Assembly: GCA_964291545.2 (NCBI GenBank)
Contig: OZ219860.1
Location: 745,786-809,785, forward strand
Origin: Dehalococcoidia bacterium
GTDB taxonomy: Bacteria; Chloroflexota; Dehalococcoidia; Lucifugimonadales; UBA3495
Length of the DNA stretch: 64,000 nucleotides
Direction of reading: 5' to 3'
The notes beneath the pieces are model-generated. The model saw only the letters and a list, made by a program, of their open reading frames with translations, was not told the DNA's origin and searched no databases. Positions 56,709-64,000 of this stretch are shown piece after piece (positions within the stretch are counted from its first letter, which is position 1; every line of letters starts with the position of its first letter). The position numbers and the translations under genes are program-made.

Positions 56709-57797
56709 CTAATTCAGTTGCCGAAGCCTCGGGTCCAGCGTATCCCTTAGCCAGTCGCCAAACAGGTTCAATGCAATTACCGTCACCGCAATGGCCAGCC
56801 CCGGTATCGTTGAAATCCACCAGGAGTCTGCCAGGACGTCCTGACCGTGGTTGACCATCACGCCCCACGCCGGAGTAGGCGGCGGTATCCCTGCCCCCAG
56901 GAAGCTCAACGAGGCCTCTACCAGGATAACCACACCCACGTTCAGCGTAGCGATTATTATCACCGTGTTGAACACCCCAGGCAGAAGGTGAACAAGCATG
57001 ATCCGCAGGCCGCTGGCGCCGGATACCCTTGCCAGCGCTACGTAGTCCATGTTCTTAAGTTGGAGCACTTCTCCTCTCACCACCCGCGTGAAAAGGGGCC
57101 AGATGACCAGTGACAAGACCCCTACGATGAGTTGAAAAGACGCGCCCAACGCCGAGACCAACGCCAGGGTAATCAGCAACAACGGCACCGCGAGAACGAT
57201 GTCCACCAACCGCATGATCACCTCATCCACCCACCGGCCATAGTAGCCGGACAGCAGGCCCATGAACGTGCCGATAGTCCCACCCACCCCCAGGGTTATC
57301 GCCGCAACTACCAGCGAGATTCGAGCGCCGTGGAAGATCCGACTCAATATGTCCCGCCCCTGCTTGTCCGTTCCCAGTAAAAATCGACTGGTGCCCTCTT
57401 CTCTGTCCAGCACAAGCAGCGTGTCACTCAGGCCGACCTCCCTAACCGGCTCGCCCTCCGCGATCGCCGCGGCATCCTCGGTCGATTTGGCCGTCTCGAA
57501 ATCGCGGCTTCCGATCGCAACCTCTCTGAGGCCCTGTCCAGGGGCAACCTTTTCCACCACTATCTTTGGCAGATACTTGGCTCCCTGCCAGGCAGGCGGC
57601 ACTCTTCTATCCGACAGGTCCCCATCTACTGGATCGTGCGGAGAAATCCAATCGGCGGTGATGCCGCAGAACACCAGGACCGAAAGTATGAACACCGGGA
57701 TCACAGGCAAGCGCCTCAGCCGGCGTACTGTTCTTCGTACCTTCGCGCCCAGTCCCTCCGGGGCTGCTACTATGCCGTTCGTGACCTCAGCGGCCAT
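56709..57797 (-). CDS. ABC transporter permease (DppC/OppC-type)
   Basis: YVALARVSGASGLRIMLVHLLPGV (EAA-loop region). Six TM segments, with a long periplasmic insert after TM1. Confidence 0.85.
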   Translation of the reverse strand: MAAEVTNGIVAAPEGLGAKVRRTVRRLRRLPVIPVFILSVLVFCGITADWISPHDPVDGDLSDRRVPPAWQGAKYLPKIVVEKVAPGQGLREVAIGSRDFETAKSTEDAAAIAEGEPVREVGLSDTLLVLDREEGTSRFLLGTDKQGRDILSRIFHGARISLVVAAITLGVGGTIGTFMGLLSGYYGRWVDEVIMRLVDIVLAVPLLLITLALVSALGASFQLIVGVLSLVIWPLFTRVVRGEVLQLKNMDYVALARVSGASGLRIMLVHLLPGVFNTVIIIATLNVGVVILVEASLSFLGAGIPPPTPAWGVMVNHGQDVLADSWWISTIPGLAIAVTVIALNLFGDWLRDTLDPRLRQLN

Positions 57798-57815
57798 GGC
57801 TGCTACTCCAGCTCC

Positions 57816-58739
57816 TCAGGCATAGCGGATCCTGGGGTCGATATAAGCATAGAGTACGTCCACCAACAGGGCCGACATCACGTACATCAGCGTGAAAATG
57901 ATGACCACCGCCTGCACCACCGGGTAGTCCGACTGGTTCATGGAGTCCACCGCCAGGCGTCCCAGTCCTGGCCAGGCGAACACTAGCTCCACCGTCACCG
58001 AGCCCGCCACCAAAGTTCCCAGGCTTATTCCGGCGAATGTTAAGGCAGGAATTAACGCGTTCTTCAGGGCATGCTTCCAGACAATCGACTTTTCCGATGC
58101 CCCCTTGGCTCGAGCCAGCTTGATGTACTCTGAGTCCAGTACGTCCAGCATAGCCGAACGTATCAGCCTCATATTGACCGCCACGAACCACCATCCCAGG
58201 GCGATTGCGGGAAGGATAATCGACTGGAACCCATCTTCCCTTCCTGATGGCGGCAGCCATCCCAACCTGACGGCAAAGAACAGGATCAGCATGATTCCAA
58301 TCCAGAACGGAGGGGCCGATTGACCAATCAGGGCGACTATTTTCCCCACTCGGTCGAAGATGCTGTCCCGCCTTACCGCGCCCAGTATGCCAAGGGGCAC
58401 TCCAATAATCGTCGACCATATCAATGCGGCAAGCCCTAGCTGGACGGTGGGCCAAATCCGCTCTTCGACCATCTCTATCACGGGTCGCCGCTGGACTATG
58501 GAATCTCCGAAGTCTCCTTGCGCCAGGTCCTTCATGAAAATGCCGTATTGCTGAATTAATGGCTTGTCCAGGCCCAGCTTCTCCCCCAAGGCGTCCCAAT
58601 GGGCGACGTCCCGGGCCTGTCTGCTCAACAGAAGGTTTCTGGGGTCTCCCGTCGATCTGGCGAGAGCAAAGATGAACACCGACACGGCCAAGATCGTAAG
58701 GAATCCCATGAAAATCCGCCGTACCAGGTACCTTTGCAT
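57816..58739 (-). CDS. ABC transporter permease (DppB/OppB-type)
   Basis: MQRYLVRRI N-terminus and YIKLARAKGASEKSIVWKHALKNALIP. Confidence 0.85.
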   Translation of the reverse strand: MQRYLVRRIFMGFLTILAVSVFIFALARSTGDPRNLLLSRQARDVAHWDALGEKLGLDKPLIQQYGIFMKDLAQGDFGDSIVQRRPVIEMVEERIWPTVQLGLAALIWSTIIGVPLGILGAVRRDSIFDRVGKIVALIGQSAPPFWIGIMLILFFAVRLGWLPPSGREDGFQSIILPAIALGWWFVAVNMRLIRSAMLDVLDSEYIKLARAKGASEKSIVWKHALKNALIPALTFAGISLGTLVAGSVTVELVFAWPGLGRLAVDSMNQSDYPVVQAVVIIFTLMYVMSALLVDVLYAYIDPRIRYA

Positions 58740-59209
58740 ATAGCCTCGCCGTCAGCTAATGGGCCTGTTGCCCGGCCTTGCTCCCCTTACAGGACTAATG
58801 TTTGCCTCAGGGGTTGCGAAAGGGTCTCAGGTCTTCACTGCCGAGGACTTGGGGTCTCTCGGAATACGGGGCACGAAGTTCCTTGGACCCTAGCAGATTG
58901 GTTTGGGAACTCCGCCCTGAACTCTTCAACGATTGCCGAAAGAGGCGGTAACTCGCCCCGGCTCTCAAACGGGGGATGCAGCGACTCCCGCTCCCGCCGT
59001 GGTCAAGGTTATCGGCAAGTATACCAATCCTGTCAACAAATATGTTTCGGGGTGAAGCTCTAACGTCGGTCCTCGATTGCTAGACCCACTCCGGGAAGGA
59101 GACACTGGTGACACTTAGTAGATGATATGAACGTCCATGAACTGAAATCTTGTCCGTTCCCTGCCCCAAAGACCGCCTTGGGATACAAAAGCCTGCCGGT
59201 CGAGGGCCG

Positions 59210-59662
59210 CTATTCCTCCGGCGGAAAGTAAGCGTTGGGAACGATCGCGCTTCCCGTACCTACCCCGGCCGTATCGCCGCGTTGGTTCATCATCTTGATA
59301 TCTACCGAAACTCGCCTGCCGCCGGCCTCTCTGGAAACGTCGCTGACGGCCCCTGAAAAAGTGATAGTGTCCCCCGGACGCACCGGCCGCAGGAATCTCA
59401 GGTCCACCGTTCCATTGTGATTGTATACGTCGCTGCCGAAGTGCCTCCTAAGGAACTCCAAGGCAAACGACAATGACATCCGGCCCGAGGCAACTGTGCC
59501 CTCGGTCCCCAGAGTTTCCCTGGCCGTCGCTTCATCGGTGAACTGTGAGGGAGCAGAATGACCCGCGCTTCCCTCGAACAGATTGATCGCTTCTTGGGTT
59601 ACGTGCTTGACCAGTGGCTCGATGCCGTCGCCCACCCGATGCCGTCTTGCTACCCTCTCCAT
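59210..59662 (-). CDS. MaoC-like (hotdog-fold) dehydratase subunit
   Basis: A 150-aa product with the pattern G.V..G......L.F..PV.PGDT. It overlaps the upstream hotdog ORF by 13 nt. Confidence 0.65.
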   Translation of the reverse strand: MERVARRHRVGDGIEPLVKHVTQEAINLFEGSAGHSAPSQFTDEATARETLGTEGTVASGRMSLSFALEFLRRHFGSDVYNHNGTVDLRFLRPVRPGDTITFSGAVSDVSREAGGRRVSVDIKMMNQRGDTAGVGTGSAIVPNAYFPPEE

Positions 59663-60069
59663 TTCTTGCCCACTTCAGACGGCTGCTTCAGTTCATGGGT
59701 AATAACCCTGTCGATCAGCCTCCCGTCCTCGTCCACCGAGACCGCTTCCGTAACCGTATAGTTCTTGCCCCTCCTGACGTATTTGTCCGCAACCCATGCG
59801 CTAACGGTCAGCCTCTTTCCGGCTATGGGAGGGTTGTAGCAATAAAAAGCACAACGCGCGTTTACCGACCCATCATCCCGGTATTTGGCGTTAAACTGCT
59901 TGATGTCCACCTTGTGAGAAATGGTCGGAAAGCTGGCTTCCGGGTCCATCACGCCCTTTCTGTACGTGTCGATCATCTCCTGGGTAAGCACGTACTCGTA
60001 CTTCTCGAAGGTCTCCCCCACCTCCAAAGCGTCCCAGTCAAGCAATATCCGGTCATCGTCTTCCAGCAT
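59650..60069 (-). CDS. hotdog-fold protein (MaoC N-terminal-like / FAS1-like dehydratase partner)
   Basis: The 139-aa ORF is translationally coupled to the MaoC-like ORF. The assignment rests on size and context more than on motifs. Confidence 0.45.
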   Translation of the reverse strand: MLEDDDRILLDWDALEVGETFEKYEYVLTQEMIDTYRKGVMDPEASFPTISHKVDIKQFNAKYRDDGSVNARCAFYCYNPPIAGKRLTVSAWVADKYVRRGKNYTVTEAVSVDEDGRLIDRVITHELKQPSEVGKKWRG

Positions 60070-60299
60070 ACCTAGGGCACCCCATCAAGATTTCGGGCCG
60101 CAAACAATGTCCCTGAAGGCCGTCTCCCATGAACCCGTCCCTTAGCCCCTATCCATGGCAACCAGAATCCTACCCTTTGCCTTTCATCCTAAGCAGTCCT
60201 CATCAACCGTCGCCCCTGCCCGCGCCCGCCGCCGCTCTAAACTCGCCGCCAGTGCGTACAGGCCTATTCCAGCGAATTTCCGGATCAGATCCCGCGCCG

Positions 60300-61157
60300 C
60301 TATGCCGTTGGGGCGTTCTCGCCCCTGCCCAGCTGAGGCCAAGCCGCGGGAGCTCCTGCCTTCTCCAGCCGCTCCTTCAATGGCAGTCTCTCATCCCAGT
60401 AACGGGCGATGAAACGCATCCCGTTGACGCAACCGGACTCCTCCGACGCAAGCCACACCGCGGGAGCCTCCATCACTTCCGACTGGATCATCAGGGACCT
60501 GTCGTCTGTAACCCCTGGACCCAGCAGATTGGTGTTGGTCCTGCCTCCTGGCGCCAGCAAGTTCACCGTGACGCCGGTGCCTTCCAATTCCCTCGCAAGA
60601 GTAGCCGCCAAAGCTTCATGCCCAGCCTTTGAAGGGCCATAGGGCGACTCTCCCTTGCGGTACATGGTGTCCAGGCTGGTGGTCACTCCAATAATTCTTC
60701 CCCATCCCTGGCCGAGCATATGACCCAGCGCGGCCTTCGTCATGTAGAACGGTCCGCTCATGTTCACTGCTACCACCCTGGCCCACGCTTCATTGGAGAC
60801 CTCCCAAGCGTTCGGGGAAGGACTGGCCCCTTCCTGCGCTAGCCCCACGCTCCTGGGATTTGCCCCGGCGTTGTTGACCAGTATGTGCAGCCCTCCCATT
60901 TCTCTAATGGTCCTGCCCACCGCCGCCTCCGCGGCATGGTAGTCGGCCACGTCAGCAATTATTGGCAGCACACATCCGTCGCCTCCAATCTCTCCCACTT
61001 CCCTTGCGCTCTCCTCCAACCACTCCCGGCTAATGTCTATCATCGCAACCCGGGCCCCCGCCCGCACTAAACCTGCCGCAATTGCCCGGCCGATGCCTAT
61101 GGGACTCCCTGCTCCCGTGACTATAGCAACCTTTCCCTGTAGCGGCTGTTTAGCCAT
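60300..61157 (-). CDS. SDR-family oxidoreductase
   Basis: VTGAGSPIGIGRAIA, NNAG, and YGPSKAG (YxxxK). Confidence 0.88.
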   Translation of the reverse strand: MAKQPLQGKVAIVTGAGSPIGIGRAIAAGLVRAGARVAMIDISREWLEESAREVGEIGGDGCVLPIIADVADYHAAEAAVGRTIREMGGLHILVNNAGANPRSVGLAQEGASPSPNAWEVSNEAWARVVAVNMSGPFYMTKAALGHMLGQGWGRIIGVTTSLDTMYRKGESPYGPSKAGHEALAATLARELEGTGVTVNLLAPGGRTNTNLLGPGVTDDRSLMIQSEVMEAPAVWLASEESGCVNGMRFIARYWDERLPLKERLEKAGAPAAWPQLGRGENAPTA

Positions 61158-61254
61158 GGCTAACCTGCGATTCAGTCAATGGTCTGGAGTAGCGGACATT
61201 GTTTGTTGGCATACCGAATTCTGGCAAGGGCTGATGACGATGAAACATTGAAAC

Positions 61255-61340
61255 TGGTGCCGAAGGTCAGAGTCGAACTGACACGGGGTTGCCCCCACCG
61301 GTTTTTGAGACCGGCGCGTCTACCATTCCGCCACTTCGGC
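61255..61340 (-). tRNA. tRNA-Leu (anticodon CAA), CCA encoded
   Basis: The reverse complement reads GCCGAAGTGGCGGAATGGTAGACGCGCCGGTCTCAAAAACCGGTGGGGGCAACCCCGTGTCAGTTCGACTCTGACCTTCGGCACCA. It has a 7-bp acceptor stem, anticodon loop CT-CAA-AA, a long variable arm, and T-arm GTCAG/CTGAC. Confidence 0.92.
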
Positions 61341-61663
61341 ACGGGCCTATTCTATAGCTAAATCCGCCCTTTTCACACCCCTTAAACGACAACGCCTCGC
61401 ACTAACATAGCGGTGTTGTCCGTCGTCCCAGGACTAACTTGATCGGACCGCTCCGTCGCCTTCAGTGGCAACGGCGCCAGCAAGAGTGGCCAAAATGGCC
61501 GTGCGGGAGACTTACTGCGGAAATTTCGCCGGGTGGCTACAGGATGTCAAATGGTGGAACAGGTGGTGGGCCTGGTCTTGCTGTAGAGCTGGTGCCTGGC
61601 CTCGGGTCTAAGCCCGATGGCCTTACCCATTCTGAGGTCTAATAGAATCGGTTCCTGATGTCG

Positions 61664-61975
61664 TCAGGAAGTCTTCGGCTGGTATTGACGGTACAACCAC
61701 GGCGTCGTGGCCTCGCTGGAGTTTCTGAACTCCCGCGTTTCGCCGCATCGCTGGCACCGACCCTGGCTCAATGGACCGTTGGCGCTGTCAATCACCCAGT
61801 GGTGAGCGCAATTGATAAAGTCAGTCAGCCGTTCTAGGTTCGCTGGCGACGGCACCACCCCTCTGTAGACCCAGTCCTCCACAGTCTTCTGTGGCGCGTC
61901 CAATTGCTCGGCAAGCTCTCTCACGCTCAACCCCTGGCCGCGCAGCCACATTTTCAAATCAATCATATATACCAT
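61664..61975 (-). CDS. HTH (XRE-like) DNA-binding protein with a Cys/His-containing C-terminal segment
   Basis: The HTH is GLSVRELAEQLDAPQKTVEDWVYRG. The C-terminal part is C.HHW...C.RCG. Confidence 0.5.
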   Translation of the reverse strand: MVYMIDLKMWLRGQGLSVRELAEQLDAPQKTVEDWVYRGVVPSPANLERLTDFINCAHHWVIDSANGPLSQGRCQRCGETREFRNSSEATTPWLYRQYQPKTS

Positions 61976-62249
61976 TTTACTACATCTGACGGCCCTTGGG
62001 TATCCTCATGGCCCGATTCCGTACCTGGGGCAGCAGCCGCTCCAAGTTTTCCGCCGGCTTCCTGCCGAGAACTTGCCCGACGACCCCCTGGCGTAGCTGT
62101 GTCATGCCCATTTCAAGCCACAAACGGCTAAGAGTCCTCTCTATCTAGCGAATCCCGCAGCCAATCGAACACCAACCCTGGCGCCAAAAACACTCCCGCG
62201 TGTCAAAGGCTGTTGCCTGGGAACTGCGTCACTATCTCTCTCGTCGCTC

Positions 62250-62279
62250 TTGACTGTTTATTCTCGTCAGCCATATAAT
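62250..62279 (+). promoter_or_regulatory. candidate sigma70-type promoter of rpmH-rnpA-yidD
   Basis: TTGACT (62250-62255), an 18-nt spacer, then TATAAT (62274-62279), 25 nt before the rpmH start. Confidence 0.5.
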
Positions 62280-62303
62280 CCCTTCCGATGAAGGTGTCCA
62301 AAG

Positions 62304-62441
62304 TTGCCTAAACGTACTTATCAGCCTAAAAAGCGCCGCCGCGCCCGAGTCCACGGTTTCAGGGCCCGCTCCAGCACCTCCGACGGGCGGGCCGTTCTGC
62401 GCCGGCGGCGGTTCAAGGGACGACACCGGTTGTCGGTTTAG
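62304..62441 (+). CDS. rpmH: 50S ribosomal protein L34
   Basis: Not in the ORF track because it is under 60 aa. The TTG-start ORF translates to [45 protein letters not shown], the canonical L34 pattern. Confidence 0.9.
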   Translation: MPKRTYQPKKRRRARVHGFRARSSTSDGRAVLRRRRFKGRHRLSV

Positions 62442-62465
62442 GCCCTGCTCTGCCTTGCTTTCTCC

Positions 62466-62855
62466 ATGCAGCGCAGGTCCCGACTCACCGGTGCCAAGCG
62501 GTTTTCTCAAATCCACAAAGACGGTAGCAGCGCGGCTAATCGCTTGCTGGTGATTCGGGTCCTCGCCAATGGAATGGATCAGACCCGATTCGGTTTTGTG
62601 GTCAGCAAGCGAATTGGCAACGCCGTCGTCAGGAACAAGGTAAAGCGCAGATTGCGGGAAGCAGTCCGGTCCCGTCCCGTAACCCCGGGATGGGATGCCA
62701 TATTTATAGCTCGGAAAGGTTCCGAGAAAGCCTCTTACCAGAAGTTGCTGCTGGCCGCCGACAACCTGCTGCGGCGCCGCCAACTTGTGAAGGTCGCCGC
62801 TCATCCAACTCAACATGGTCGCTACGCGGGTCCATCCGCCTCATCGTCCCAATGA
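62466..62855 (+). CDS. rnpA: ribonuclease P protein component
   Basis: [11 protein letters not shown]...[25 protein letters not shown], and its position directly after rpmH. Confidence 0.88.
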   Translation: MQRRSRLTGAKRFSQIHKDGSSAANRLLVIRVLANGMDQTRFGFVVSKRIGNAVVRNKVKRRLREAVRSRPVTPGWDAIFIARKGSEKASYQKLLLAADNLLRRRQLVKVAAHPTQHGRYAGPSASSSQ

Positions 62856-63061
62856 ACAGACTCCCTCTGTTGGCAATATCTCTCTACCAAAAGACCATTT
62901 CTCCCTACTTGCCGTCGTCTTGTCGCTACATCCCTACCTGCTCCCACTACTCCCACCAAGCCGTCCAGAAGTATGGGGCTGTCAAAGGCGGCTGGCTGGG
63001 GCTTAAGCGGCTCGCCCGTTGCCACCCATTCGGCGGCCGGGGCTACGACCCGGTTCCATGA
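62852..63061 (+). CDS. yidD: membrane protein insertion efficiency factor YidD
   Basis: [32 protein letters not shown]...RLARCHPF. It overlaps rnpA through ATGA. Confidence 0.88.
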   Translation: MNRLPLLAISLYQKTISPYLPSSCRYIPTCSHYSHQAVQKYGAVKGGWLGLKRLARCHPFGGRGYDPVP

Positions 63062-63070
63062 TATGAAAAG

Positions 63071-63643
63071 ATGCCAGTAGCCTTCCCTTACCGTTCGTTG
63101 CTAAATTTCCTACACGCTAAGCCAATACCTGGACACCGTTCGGTCGCCGGCTCCGGAAGGTCCAACTCCCGCCCGGTCTCCCTTGTAATTCTATTGCTTG
63201 TCTGTTCCGCCTTCTCTCTGGCTCCCATTGCCTGCACCGATACCGCCGGACTTGGCGAGACCAGTAGCGGTTGGTCCCCCGTCGTCGCCGTGGCCATCCC
63301 AACCGACACCGGCGTTGCCGTCAACCAGACCAGGAACGTCGATCCGCTGGACACTGCCATAACCGTAACCGACGCTACCCGTTTAGACCCGGGCCAGGTG
63401 ATCCAATTGGGCAGCGAGCGGATGCGGATCACTGCCACCAGGGAGCAACAGCTTGTCGTGGTCCGGGGAGTGGACGGCACAATACCCATGGCCCACTCCG
63501 GCCAGGAGCGCATATTCACCATCGGCGACCAGTTCACTGTCTTCGTTGCCACCAAGCAGGGCGGAATCCTGGCCCTCCAGGACGACGGATTGGGAGACCC
63601 CGGGATTCAGTGGTCTGCCCGTCAAGATCAGGGCGATAGGTGA
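63071..63643 (+). CDS. hypothetical secreted protein or lipoprotein
   Basis: The signal plus lipobox-like sequence is LLLVCSAFSLAPIAC. The true start is probably internal. No family was recognised. Confidence 0.4.
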   Translation: MPVAFPYRSLLNFLHAKPIPGHRSVAGSGRSNSRPVSLVILLLVCSAFSLAPIACTDTAGLGETSSGWSPVVAVAIPTDTGVAVNQTRNVDPLDTAITVTDATRLDPGQVIQLGSERMRITATREQQLVVVRGVDGTIPMAHSGQERIFTIGDQFTVFVATKQGGILALQDDGLGDPGIQWSARQDQGDR

Positions 63644-63648
63644 CGGCC

Positions 63649-64000
63649 ATGGGTCGCAAACGCCTTTGCCTGGTAGCCGCACTGTCAGTCCTGTCCCTGG
63701 CCTTGCTTGCCTGTGGAGGGAGTGAAAACCAAGGCGCTTACGACCTTCCGGCAGTGGGTGACGGCATAATCTATATCAGCGGGGTGGACGGGCAATTGCA
63801 GGCCATTGGCATCGACCCGGTAACCGGCGATGCCGCCAGAGACCGTAACTGGTCAGAGCCCGTCGGAGACGAGTCCGCCTTGCGGCCCTTGGTAAGCGGC
63901 CCCGCCCTCTATGACCACCCGGATGGACCAGTGGTTCTAGTAGGTTCCGAAGACGGTAACCTTTACGCCTACGACGCCGCAGCAGGCGGCAACCCCGTGT
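63649..64000 (+). CDS. PQQ-like beta-propeller repeat lipoprotein, 3' end cut by the window edge
   Basis: Lipobox LSLALLAC|GG. Repeat-like motifs GIIYISGVDGQLQAI and GSEDGNLYAYDA are present. Confidence 0.5.
   Translation, partial: MGRKRLCLVAALSVLSLALLACGGSENQGAYDLPAVGDGIIYISGVDGQLQAIGIDPVTGDAARDRNWSEPVGDESALRPLVSGPALYDHPDGPVVLVGSEDGNLYAYDAAAGGNPV

Noticed and set aside
61158-61975. Integrated element at tRNA-Leu (tRNA plus an XRE-like gene)
   Set aside because: There is no integrase, no recognisable att duplication of the tRNA 3' end, and no phage or conjugation genes. The 3' end of the tRNA faces the SDR gene rather than the HTH gene.
61976-62303. Replication origin (oriC) in the spacer upstream of rpmH
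   Set aside because: No TTATCCACA or TGTGGATAA-like boxes and no AT-rich unwinding element were seen, and dnaA is absent from the window. Only the strand switch and the rpmH context are suggestive.
62232-62816. 194-aa minus-strand ORF
   Set aside because: It lies antisense to rpmH and rnpA, both of which have unmistakable conserved sequences. No motifs were seen in the antisense translation.

Overview
GC-rich bacterial chromosomal window. No taxon can be assigned from the sequence alone; long-form HPF, alpha2-type GlyRS, PT-rich linkers and dense intergenic repeats give a weak Chloroflexota-like impression. About 1-38.7 kb is mostly plus-strand: glyQS, birA, a hisZ-hisG-X-hisD-hisC-hisB block, a cysS fusion, meaB and hpf, mixed with SDR, AKR and SPFH/NfeD genes. 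About 38.8-61.3 kb is almost entirely minus-strand accessory or catabolic genes. rpmH-rnpA-yidD lies at 62.3-63.1 kb. The most notable features are listed below.

1. Seven consecutive, diverged MFS transporter paralogs span 38769-48687 on one strand.
2. A modular REP/MITE-like repeat family fills nearly every long intergenic gap between 4.3 and 37 kb, including 241-bp, 236-bp, about 82-bp and about 35-bp tandem arrays.
3. Two near-identical 1047-bp IS481-family elements sit in opposite orientation. Each is inserted at the same position of the same repeat module with the same ATTCC duplication, and together they bracket 10,878 bp.
4. A full-length CysRS is fused to a C-terminal GT2-like glycosyltransferase domain.
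5. A HisZ-like protein keeps an anticodon-domain-like tail and sits next to a long-form HisG.
6. A PemK/MazF toxin is paired with an atypical 140-aa upstream partner.
7. An SDR whose catalytic Tyr and Lys are substituted sits next to an intact SDR.
8. A lower-GC Mrr islet.

No CRISPR array, rRNA, prophage or recognisable multi-gene defence system was seen. Many long ORFs in the six-frame track are antisense artefacts of high GC. All calls rest on by-eye motif recognition; no searches or computations were run.
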